A program made the translations under genes and the position numbers. Positions 1-12,125 of a stretch of 64,000 nt of DNA are shown here, piece after piece. A model generated the notes under the pieces. It did not search any database. It was given only the letters and a program-made list of their open reading frames with translations, and was not told the origin of the DNA. This stretch comes from Rhizophagus irregularis (Eukaryota): contig NC_089433.1 of NCBI RefSeq assembly GCF_026210795.1, forward strand, positions 5,270,001-5,334,000, in the 5' to 3' direction. Within the stretch, counting starts at the first letter, position 1, and each line of letters opens with the position of its first letter.

Positions 1-1126
1 ATGTTGGTAGCTCTAAAAAGTTTGGATAATTCAGAAAATATTACTTTAGAATTTATTAATGAGGTATTATTTTATTAGTTAATTTGTTATTTATAATATT
101 TATGATCATAATACTTAAATTATTAATTAGTAAATATTTGTATTTTCACATTCATACAGAGTATGTTACATAATAAAGTAGAAAAGAATAATAACGCGAT
201 TGTTGGATTTTATGGAATAACTCAGGATCCAAATACGAAAAATTATATAATGGTTTTAGGTTATGCAAAAGATGGAAGTTTACGAAATTTTTTAGATAAA
301 GAATATAGCAAGCTTGATTGGGATGCAAAGATTGACTATTTACAAGACATTATAGTTGGACTTAAATGTATTCATGAAAAGGAATTAATTCATCGAGATT
401 TGCATATGATTGGAAATATATTAAAGTTTAAATATAAAACTGCTATAACTGACATGGGATTTTGTAAACCTGCAAATTATAATGTATTAGAAAATGCAAA
501 AAAAAACATATATGGTGTTCTATATTATATAGCTCCTGAAATTTTAAGAGGACAAAATTATACTAAAGCTGCTGATATTTATAGTTATGGTATAATTATG
601 TATGAAGTAATTTCTGGATTACGTCCATATCATGATATTAATCATGATGAAACTTTAGCAATAAAAATTTGTCAAGGACTTAGGCCAAGATTTAAATTTA
701 AAGTACCCCAAATAATTGTTCAATTAATCAAAAGGTGCTTAGATGCAAATCAACTAAAAAGAACAACGGCAGAAGGAATTATAGATATTTTACACAAGTG
801 GCAAAATGTATCAAATATAAAATTAGAATCACAAATTAAAGAAGCAGATGAAATAAACAAAAATTCACCAAATAACATACCTTTAACTAGTTTATCGTTT
901 AAAACACATTCAGGAGCTAGTTATACAAGTAGATTGCTCAATTTTAATAATCTCCCTGAACAAAAAAATTCGAATGACTATTATGAACAAAACGATAATA
1001 TAATAAGCAAGGAATTTTCGGGTATTAATTAGTAATTTTATTATTTAAAATGCAAGTTAGTTATTAATGTTTAACTAATAAACTTTACTTTATTAAATAG
1101 AATCTTTACAAATCGATTTATATTAA
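1..1126 (+). CDS. TKL-type protein kinase, 5'-truncated by the window edge; exons about 1-63, 160-1021, 1101-1126; possibly degenerate
   Basis: VALK lysine motif in exon 1, GT-AG intron 64-159, then HRDLHMIGN, DMG, YIAPE, DIYSYG. An extra residue in the catalytic loop and P->Y/T changes suggest decay. Confidence 0.85.
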
Positions 1127-1598
1127 ATAAGATGTAAAATTTAAATTTTATATAGTTAATGATTAATTATGCTTATTATTCATGTTCAATATATTATTTT
1201 AGCATTTTTTTAGGTCCAAGATATCGCATTTAATAAGCACATAAGAAAGTTATTAAACCAGTTTTAGTGTTACTAATATTACAATTATTATTGCACGTAT
1301 TATTAGTATATACAGTATTAATATTGCTATTTTTTTCGAAAACTTTTTTTCTATTTTTTTTTTGCTCTTCTTCACTAGTAATATAAAAAGCAAATTTTTA
1401 TTTTTATAATTAGTGAGAATTACACTAAAGGTTTTAAATTTTAATGACCAATTAGCAGATTATACATAAATTAAGGCAGAAGTATGAATTCTTTTTTAAA
1501 GGATCGAAGTAAAGAATATTGCCGCAAACTTAGTATTCAGTTCTTCATACTACTTTTGGATATGATAGCAATAACTTGCTTGGAAGTGCAAGTAGGAG

Positions 1599-1775
1599 AC
1601 TTTTTACTTATTAAATAAATTCATAAACTTTTTTACTTTATAAATTTTGAAACTCTAATAAACTTTTAAACTTTATAAATTTCAAAATTCTAATGACTTT
1701 TTACTTTATACTGTAAGTTTCAATGTTTTAATAATACTTTTTATTTTATCGTTATAAATTTCGAAATTTAATATG
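1599..1775. repeat. Degenerate ~34-bp tandem repeat, about 5 copies
   Basis: Recurring cttttttactttataaattt(c/t)(g/a)aaa(c/t)tctaat units. Confidence 0.55.
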
Positions 1776-3236
1776 TAAATTTAAAAGACGTATTCCATTG
1801 ATTAAATCATTTTCTTTACGTCAAAGTACAAAATTTTTTTGTCGTAGAATTCAGATATTTATTTCCGGATGATTACAAATGATTACAAATCAAAAAATTC
1901 CAGATAATGATCAATCAGGCGAAAATTAGTATAATCCAAGGATAGTAACGATGGTAACAATGGTAGTTTAACGTCATTCCGGATCGCAGTAAATTTAAAA
2001 CACTTAATAATTTAAATTAAATATTATACTGCGCTCCAAAATTAATAATATCATTAGATAAAGTCGTCCTCTACAATACCATACCTTATCCACAAAATCT
2101 AAAATCAGCAAATTTCATTAACTACCCTTTTGCTTAATTTATGTTAAGTAATACAACTATTTGAAGAATGCCCTGGTCAATACTATGTCATAGTTGAATT
2201 TATTAGCATTATTTCTTATCACATACTAGTAAAATACAGTACAATATAATTTTTATAAATTATAATTTTAATAACTTTGTATAATTAGATCGTTAAACTA
2301 GTTAGGATCATTTTCATATCTATCATTTGAGGGTAATCGACAATGAGACAATGTGGATTATATTCTTTTTTTTTACGAAGGATATTGATATAATGTGGGA
2401 ATATTATACCAAATACTGTTAATTAGACACTGAAAATGATATTGTGTGTAAGAATGATAAAAAGAAATAGGAAAGGAAGCTAAAATTGAACATTTTTCAA
2501 TACATATGGGAAATACCTGAAATTTTATTTAAAAGGTATTTCTATTTGGTGAAAATTAAATTACTTTAAATGGTAACAATTATAAAATAACAGGATATAG
2601 GACGTTAACAGTAGTCGACGCGTATAAAAATTTAGTACCAAATGTTCTATTTACTTTGTTGAAATTTTTGTTATCATGCGTTTGATGGGTTATTAATCAC
2701 TTAATTAATTTCAAAAGGGTAAATTTAGAATTTAATTGGTTCCATTAGAATTTATTTTCATATATATATAGGTTTAATATCCATAATAACTTTGCTGAAA
2801 CCCATGAAATCGGGGCTTTGTAGTATCCATATTGCCACCAGGCGTTACGGCTACTTTATGTTATTTTCAATGCGATAATATATATTTAATATAGACAAAT
2901 GTATAGAAGTGATATAGTAGTTGTGAAGCAACTATATAGGAAATGTAAAAGTAAATATATTGCTAATTTAAATAATTTAAACATATAAATAATACAAAGG
3001 TGCTGTGTAATAAAGTTGTAGTAAATATACGTTAAATGTAAAGTAAATTCATGTATTCTTCGCATTGCAAATGTATATTCTATTAGTGTTAATTCGATCA
3101 AGGGTACAAAATAAACAAAAAAAAAAACTTTTCGTCTACATTTCGAAAGGATATTAGCATGATTTGAAATGAAAGAAACGAAATAAACCAAAATTATAAT
3201 CTCATTATTTTATTATTATACTAATACCTGTATTAT

Positions 3237-4200
3237 TTAAACAGCTGTAAAAAAAAATTCATTTTTTAAATAATGATTATTTTCCAGAAAATGATCAGAT
3301 TCCTTGCATCTAGCATTACAATCGTTTACAAAATACGCCTTCCGAACTTTATCTATGACCGTCAATGGAAATATCTTGCGATAATAATCATCGTGATGAA
3401 GGACAAAGATTGAACAATCCAATTTGTTGTTTCCTTATAGATATCTTCAAACCAATCGACATAAATAAATGATAATAATATCCATCATTGCTCTTGTGTT
3501 TAAAAATACCTTTGATAACCGCACAACTTTCCCTATAATCAACCTCTTTAATCGTCTACATCGTCCTTATTCAAATGACATTGGATTTCAGCATTTTTCA
3601 CAACTTAGATGTAAGATACACATTCGTAAAAATTACAATGTATTAAATTCCAATATTCGTATTTCTAATTGATGCTGGCTTTCTTAATATTATATTTTGA
3701 AACTCACTAGATTGTGAACATACTAATAACTATATAGGAAATTATTATTACTATTTCTCCATCTCTATTTGTTTCATAATTAATTTTTTAATTTTGATAA
3801 TTTTTCTCCATCCCTATTTATCAAATAACCAATTACATCAATTTTCATATAAAACTCCTTAATTATCGATCTCTTATAATTTCTTACACAATTATCGTAT
3901 TTCCGTATATCTCATTATTTGAATTTTTCTCTTTCATTATCTTCTACTGTAATATTGTGATGGTTTTTACTTTGCGATTTTTTCTTACATGTTATAAATT
4001 ACTTTATTATTATAATTCCCAAGTTATCAATTCTTTATATCATCTTCAACTTTCTTATCATACATATTGATTATATTATATATCTTCTTGTAGTTTTACT
4101 TTATATTATCTTTTAAAATTCCCTTGTATTATCACCTATCGCAATTATATCTTTAATTTTCTTATACCACAAAGGTTCTTATTTTTTAACGATTCTCTCA
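3237..4200 (-). mobile_element. Heavily decayed LINE-like (RT/RNase H-linked) remnant
   Basis: Broken minus-strand frames (EPLWYKKIKDII..., ITWE..., KKKSQSKNH) resemble the segment preceding RNase H in Glomeromycotina LINEs. Many stops and frameshifts; recognition by eye only. Confidence 0.4.
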
Positions 4201-5916
4201 TGTTATTATGCTACAGCATTAGTGATTTATAATCAATATAACAAATATTTTATTTTATGTAATTAAAAATTTTTAGCCATTGGATGGAGAGTAGCTATAT
4301 CGGTCCTGTGACCGATATAGTACCCATAAAAGTGTTCTGACGTTTTTGATCACGCAGTAATTAATAACACCATAAATAAGTGTTATTTGGTATGGGAGGA
4401 GGTACCTGGCTTCGGCCTTATACCAAACTTTAGGATTGTTTTTGTACGATTGTAAGTTCTTTATCATATGATTAATAAAAAGCAGTTCATTGTATCAAAA
4501 AAAAATGTATTATTTAACTTTCTATAAATTTCATTTTTTATGCTATTTTTAAACCACTTTATTAAACTTTTCCTATAAAATATTCATTTACGTCATATTT
4601 TTTTACTCCACTTTATTATATCAATCATGTGTTATTGCTATGTCATAAAAATATCGGTCTATGAAAATCTGCATGATCCTATTGGGCTGAACGATAACAT
4701 ATGTTAGAGGATAGAGATAAAAAATGTTAATAAAATACAATAAAAAATTAATAATAAAAAAAAATAGAAAAAAGCCTTTTTTAGAAAATAAATAATAACT
4801 AAAAATAAAAAAAAAACTTTTTTTTAAAGGAAAAAAAAATTAAAACAATTTTTTTTTTTGAAAAAAAACAAAGAAATAAAAGACAATTAAAAAAATTTTT
4901 TCGGCTAAAAAAAAAAAAAAGAAAAATTTCAGAAAAAATTTCAGTCTATAAGAAAAAGGCTATAAAGAACCGAAAAAAGATATTTTAAAATAAATTTACA
5001 TGGTTTATAAAAACCGAACTAGAATATATGAGCTGACATCAAAATACTCTAACAGAAAAATTTATAAACCAAAATTTTTTAATTTTTTTTTTTCGATACA
5101 AATTTTACAATCCAAGTGTAGGATATCGTCACCTGATTTAACTGGATCGTACAAAAATTATCAAAATCGTTAGAATGTATTGTTAAAGTTGTAAAAATAT
5201 ATTATTGAATTTATAAATCGTAAAATTGCATATTCGAAAATGTGAATAAATAATATTTAATTACTTTATTTAGTTTCAAGTTTTACAAGTTTTAGTAAAA
5301 TGACATTAAACGGATACTATTTCTCATATACGTTGTCTAGGCAAGTGTTGTTCTAGTTAGTCAATGATAATAAAATATCACTCACTCTTTTTAACAATGA
5401 AAACTCTTTATGGGAGGATCCCCTATAAAATTGAGATAGAAACAGAAACGTTCAGTTAATATAATGTTCTTTTTTTAAAAAAAAAGGAAAAAAAAAGTTT
5501 TGTAATACATATGAAGCTTAGTATTTTTCAAAAAACTCCGCCCAAAATTCCTCACATCGCGAACCCTGCCTTTTCACGATTTTGATATTAATCTTTCATG
5601 ACAAGCCAGGTCATTAGGGGACGGTAAATTCCTCCCTTGAAACATCCGCTACTCAAATACTTTTTACATAGTAAAGGACTTTATCATGTACTATTTAAAA
5701 ATACAATAAAAAAGCTTACTTTGAATTTTTTATCGTGTGCGTGTTTTTCAGTGTATGATAATCATAAAATAAGTTTTATTAATACAGAAAAAATAAATTA
5801 CAATGATTCGAGACTTTGCCCGCCGGACATAACTCTATCACTATGCTTTTACTGTTACTATTTAGACGCCATCATTAAGAACGTGCGTCATCAATCTGTC
5901 ACACAATTTAGACATG

Positions 5917-7056
5917 TTATTTCCATTTTTTAAAGTATGTTTCAATGTAGTCAATCATCTTCATTTCGCTATTATGAATATCAAAAAAAATATTACTTTC
6001 AGAGTGTATGTTAGTAATTTGCACTTCGAAAATTCTTGTTATCAAATCTTTAATCTCTAGATTCTCGTTGATAGCCGTTCTGATTTTTTCCTCTCTACCT
6101 CCGCCACGTTTGTGATTGTAATCTTGGAGTTTCTTTAAAAAATTTTCTTTGTCCTGTACAATCTGTCTTTTAATCTCTTCCTTGACATTATTGTTTATAA
6201 TTTGTCTTTCAAGCATGACCACACCATCAACCGGCACTGTTTTATCTTTTATTTGTACTGTGGGGGCATAGGTATTATTATTAATAGCGACGATCTGAAA
6301 CATAAACAAATATAATTTTAAAATATATCAGCTAATGATTTTACAAAAAGCAACCCACAAACCTTGAAGTCTTGATTTATCTTTATCCCTGCTAGCGTTT
6401 CGAATTTTTTTTCAAAACGAAACACATCACCAACTCTTAATACTCTGGTCTTACACAACTCATTTAGCTCTTTTCCCTTTGTAACGAACTTAGTTTTTTT
6501 GGCATCTAAAATGTGTTTACAAGCATACCGTTTAATAGTTTACCTACTATACAAATACAAATGATTATTGTTCCGATTCATCATACATACCAATACGTTC
6601 TAATAATACCCGATTCTGTTCTACTAGTAACTGTTCTATCATATCCCGATTCTGTACAATCGACACCTGCACAGTTTCAGTTAATTCACGGATCTGAGTA
6701 GATACTGACGCTTCTTTCACTATCTTTTTCATACTCGTATCTACAAGAATTCCCATGAAAACTTGAATCTGCATTTTATTTATTTTAAAGGTTTCAGAAA
6801 TTTTTTGAGAATCCTCCAATTTCTCACGCTCTATCATAATCGGACTTGTTTTTAGCTTCTCATATTTCGCATTATCGTCAAATGAAACAGATATTTTAAA
6901 AATCCCGTACTCGTCAATATTTAAGTTACGAAAAAACTTTCTTTGCTGACATACAATTAAATCCCTAAGATCTTCAATCGTTTCAATTGCTTCAACGTTA
7001 ACAAGAAATTTGCTATTCGCTCCTTGAATAAAGCAACAAATGTAATTTTCTGTCAT
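5917..7056 (-). CDS. Crinkler (CRN)-like protein: ubiquitin-like N-terminal header, coiled coil, unassigned C-terminal domain; about 3 exons
   Basis: MTENYICCFIQGANSKFLVNVEAIETIEDLRDLI...IFKI...IQVFM fits the CRN header pattern. A middle exon at ~6363-6505 (AKKTKFVTKGKELNELCKTRVLRVGDVFRFEKKF...) is bounded by AG/GT and links the ORFs 6565-7092 and 5917-6309. Confidence 0.65.
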
Positions 7057-7399
7057 TTTAGCGACGGATATCACTTCAGTGTCTAGATCCACTTTTGTCG
7101 TATATATATTTTAAAGCTTATCCCTCTTTTCCCACACACAAAAGACCAGTCAGGTAAAGATTGGCGGTCAAGGTTTCACATCATTTGCTGAATGATTTCG
7201 GGGAATAATGGCCCTTTAGTTTGATTTACGTGGACTAAAAATAGATATTTGAAGAATTTTGCCAAGAAATGTTTTTTATTACAGATAAAAATAAATACAA
7301 AGGCTCGGGACTTTGCCCGTGATACACGAAATTTCTAATCTAAGACCTACGGCCTATCTACAGTATCTGATTTTCCTTAAGATTGCCCGATGTCCTATG

Positions 7400-8097
7400 C
7401 TTTTTTATTTCCCTCTCTTCACTTCGAGAATATGAATCCGGCTTCTGCGCCTCCTCAGTAACCATACAATATGACCGAGGACCTTTTCCACCTTAGCTCG
7501 CAAATTCTCATCTTTGTATACGACGGAACGATTTTCCACTGTCATTTAACATATTAAGCTCCGCTCCATCATTGTCGAGTGCTGGATTTTTTTTAGTCCT
7601 TCGAGAGTTGCGTGTTCGATATTCACGGTCTACAACCGAACGCAACAACCGGGTTATTAATACTTCTCACAACCTGAAGATTTCAGCAAAAAATGGTCAC
7701 TCAAATTTCTTGGCAAAACTTTATACGTACCATGGACAGACTTGTTTAGTAATGCCTGCAACAAAGCTAATTTCAATACCTCGTTCGAAGCGGAAGTTGA
7801 CACGGGTGGTTCGACTAGGACGTGAATATGCCTCTTAGGTGGTTTCCGGTCCAGTGGTCTCAAACTTCTCTTGTCGCAAGTAGTTCGGGTTGGTCTTGTA
7901 ATGTGAGATTGCTCAAGAGATCGTTGCGATCGTCATGAATTTCCACCTTATTTCGTCAGCCTCTACGCCATGAAATGTTTTATGTTTTTTCACTTTTATA
8001 CCTTGAGGCCCCAACGAAGCTGGTTACTATCTCTATAAACAGGGAAAGCGTTCGCGAGTGTATTTCCTTTGACGAGACAGAGTAACGTGACTGAGAT
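7400..8097 (-). pseudogene. Canonical CRN effector pseudogene with internal deletion
   Basis: Minus strand gives SVTLLCLVKGNTLANAFPV (start codon reads ATC), KPPKRHIHVLVEPP...LQALLNKSVH and the typical C-terminus VYKDENLRAKVEKVLGHIVWLLR. It is frameshifted and most of the middle is missing. Confidence 0.8.
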
Positions 8098-8988
8098 TTT
8101 CGGTTTTATACTGTTTTTTGCGAAATGCTATTGGTGCAAAGTGCGGTGCGTGAGGTCAAGAATTTCATTTGCGAAAAAATACCGAATGGTACTATATGTG
8201 AGAAATTCAGCCGTCACACAAATCCTGTCGTATGACGCATTTATTTTGTGACACAGGAGTACATGCGTGTGGCTCAGCAAATTCTTAAGAAATGTATTTA
8301 GAAAATCAGTCTTTTCCCTCGAATAAGTGTTTCTACCATTTTATTGAGAGGAAAATTTTTTATACACAGGCCAGCAGAAAACCTATTTACTGGTGTTAAT
8401 CCTTCTCCGTCGGATAAAAAACCAAAAATGCAACTGCCTTATTCACCTCTTCGAGAGGAGTGCGCAGCACCCAGAACTTGACAAATATCTGCGTTTACAA
8501 CGATATTTATTTTATTATACGTGCGAAGCAGAACAGTACAATTGTCATTTTTTTGGCGGGATACTAACGCCATCAAAGTTGCCTGCGGCAACAATCTGGT
8601 CAACCTATGGTCTTGTCATATGACATCCAATGGATATCCCGCGGGATATCGGGATATCACATGTAATGACGTCAACATAAAAAATGCGATACTGCGCTGC
8701 TGTAAATCAATAAAATCCCCGCTTCATTTTGCATAGCTAACCGATCCTTTACAGTATCGTGTATAGTTCAAATATATAATAAAAAGCTTTACTTTGATTT
8801 TTAAACTGTGTGTGCCGCTTGGCTCAGATAAAAAAATGTGTTACGTTCTGAAATGAGCAATAATATACCAAGTTCTCACAATTTTTATTGATAAAATGCA
8901 AAATAAATTTATAAAAATCATTATGAACAGAAATTCTTATCACATAAATACAATCAACATATAATAAAGAAACGGATTGTCATTGCCT

Positions 8989-9540
8989 TCATTCGCTCAT
9001 GCCATCTGTATCCTCATCATTCGTCTCATCATTCCCATTCGTCTCATCGTCTCCGTTCGTCTCATCGTTCCCATTTGTTTCATCATCCCCGTTCGTCTCA
9101 TCGTCCCCATTCGTCTCATCGTTTCCATTCATTTCACTGCTTGATTCACTCTCATTATCCGTATGGTCTTCTGAGTCTGACCCATTCTCTTCAACTGAAT
9201 AGGTGAATATTGCGGAACCTTGCGCTGATTGTTGCTTCTGGTTAGTTAACACATATACGGCTTCCCCATTATACGTCATCTCGTAATCATGTACCCATGA
9301 GATTGAGAAAAATTGGTAACCTCCTAAACTTTCACGTCGTATACCAACATTGTTTGATGTATCCCACAACCTAATACCGGAAGGTATTCGGATGTGGTTT
9401 CCTTGGTCGTTTTCGAAATATATCCTCACCACTCCGTGGTTTATTCTTTTTAATTTCATTTTTACGTTTACTCCAAACTTTACAATATTTATATTATTGT
9501 TTCTGTATGAAACTGACCCTCTAAATGGCAACGATGACAT
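8989..9540 (-). CDS. Hypothetical protein (183 aa) with acidic NG(D/N)DET repeat tail
   Basis: Uninterrupted ATG-stop ORF with a globular-looking N-terminal ~115 aa and an 18-bp tandem repeat, about 6-7 copies, at ~9015-9130. Confidence 0.7.
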   Translation of the reverse strand: MSSLPFRGSVSYRNNNINIVKFGVNVKMKLKRINHGVVRIYFENDQGNHIRIPSGIRLWDTSNNVGIRRESLGGYQFFSISWVHDYEMTYNGEAVYVLTNQKQQSAQGSAIFTYSVEENGSDSEDHTDNESESSSEMNGNDETNGDDETNGDDETNGNDETNGDDETNGNDETNDEDTDGMSE

Positions 9541-12125
9541 AATTTAAACAAAGTAAATAAAAGAAAACGTATAAGCAAAGTTAATAAAAATAAAGAAGTA
9601 TAAACAAAGTTTACTGATTTACTGATTTTGTATAGGAATTTACAATAGTCGGAGAATCAAAATAAAAACATGATTATTACACTGTCATCAACAGATTTAA
9701 CTTCCGATTATCGGGATTTTTGGTTTTCGTAACTTTTTCTTTCAACATTTGATTTGATACGATAAGTATTTTCATAAATTGGTTGATTCACTTCAGGAAC
9801 ATTGAAAATAAATTTTTTATGGAACAGAGGTAATACAAAAATAGCCACTAACCTATAAATTTCTAGAAAGCGATGATTTAACCGTGTGGCTTTACTGTAT
9901 TTTCAGAAAATCCGTTATTCTTTCAACTGTCACGATGTAGGTGTGACTAACTTTGCGTGTTTCCACATATTTATAGTATTTTGTAATCCCAATACTGCAA
10001 CGTGACTACGCATTATACATAATCGCAATGACGTACTCTCTTTATGACATAAAAAGTATTATCTCTGCGAAAAGATGTATTACTAATACCAGGCAGATCT
10101 CCCTTTTTAGTAAAAAAATTAATTATCTTAGAGAAAAATAAAAATTCTTAGAGAAAAAAATTATAAAAAAGCCCTAAAAAAATGAATCCGCTTAATCTAT
10201 AGTTAGATCATGAATAAAAATAAAATGTTATATACCAATTGCTTGTTTATTTTGTGAGCCAAGCAAGCACATTCTTTTGTTTCAAGCATCATTTAATTTC
10301 AGTTGGTATTTCAGATTTTTGTCTGATATTTCTATAAAAATAACCATACAGGGTACAGTACATGTTAAAAATATAATTGCTACGAATCAGTCGAATCACG
10401 GAGGTGATTTCGCCGGTGTCATGTGATTTTTTAATAATATATAATTTGTCACACTGCGTCACACCCTACTTGTTTTTATTTTTACTATGTATTCTAGGGA
10501 CAGAATTTGATTTAAAGTTACAAGAAAGAAATGATGATGCGAAACAGTGTATTCTTAATCTTTTCAATAATCTATTAAATAATCAAAATAATACTGGATA
10601 ATGTTATTGATTTTTATTTTTCTTCTATAGTTATGAAATATTTAATAAATTTTTTTTTTCTTCTTTTTTTTAATAAAACACACGAAAAAAGTTCTTGAAA
10701 CCTTAAAAAAAAAATAATATTTTACAAAACTAAATCCACATTAACAAATTGAATTTTTGAATTCTTCGGATTCCATTAGCAGAATTTAGCAAAATAATAA
10801 ATATCAATTATTAATTTTTATTTCCTAACTTCTGAATTTGGCAAATGTGTAATTTCCAAAGTTATTGGCATACTTTGAAAAATTTATTGGTCCAGCAGTT
10901 GATACAAATATATTTACAAAACACTAATTATAATAAACTGTCAATATGAAAAACTGACATATTATATTACATAACCTACAAATAATCAATAGTTTTACTA
11001 ATACAATCAATTCACCCATTGGGACTATATAAAACACGTACTAAAAATGGTAAGTTTATAAATTGTGATTTGCAATTTTCAAATTTTTATTATTGTGAAC
11101 TTATGTGACATTATAGCTTATAATTGATTCATGAAGATAATTCACTTTTTTTTCAATAAAGATTCAGAATCCAAAATTGATGAGTTGTAAATGTAATTTT
11201 TTTTATTTTCTTTAAATTATTTCTTTTAAAATATACTTATGAATATAAATCAATGATGAACGAATAACTGTTTGAAATAATAAAGTAAATAAATAGTTTT
11301 TTTCCATTGAAATTATGATTCCTTGTTCAAATGGTAGTAATTAATTATTCATAAATATATTTTTTTTTAGCTTCGCGATCAGATTAAATGTAAAGTATTA
11401 ACGTAAGTAAACAATTATCATATTAGTTACAAAATAACGTAAAGTAATAAAATTATTTTTGAAATGAAATCCAAAAAAAAAAATTATTTAACATATTTTT
11501 AGATTAACCTTTTTTGTGATCAACATCCTTCTTGCTTTTCTAATTTTCTAATTACGTAAGCCTATTATATAATTTGATCAGCATCACAATTTTATACGTC
11601 ATTGACATACAGAATACTTTTACAAAAATAATACTTTTATCAATCACTTCCATTTAATATTAATACTGATTTAAACTAATATTAAGAGATTTTAATTTGA
11701 AGTATTTAGTTCGAAATAGTTGTAAAGATTCATTAGAAATTTTGTATTCTCACGCCTACAAGTTAAAATATTTTCTAATAATTAACAAAGTCCTTATAAA
11801 TTTTTTTTTTTTATGCGCACTAATTTTAATCATTAAAATTTGAAATAATAAAAAATGTGACAATTTTTTAGATTTGCGAAAAAAAGATTTCAAGGTTGTC
11901 GGTGTATTTAGTGCGGAATATTATTTATTTGTAGTAATTTTATGATGATCACCAACTAAAGTTTTCAGTAAACAAAGAATATATGTGATGTCGTACAAGG
12001 TTGATCAGTAGACAATATTAAAGTTGATTGATGTTGCACAATTAATTGGTGTAAATAAATTTTTTTTCTTTTTTTCCCACCGTTTAAATAAAATTCAAAT
12101 AAATGAATATACTAGTATTGACATC

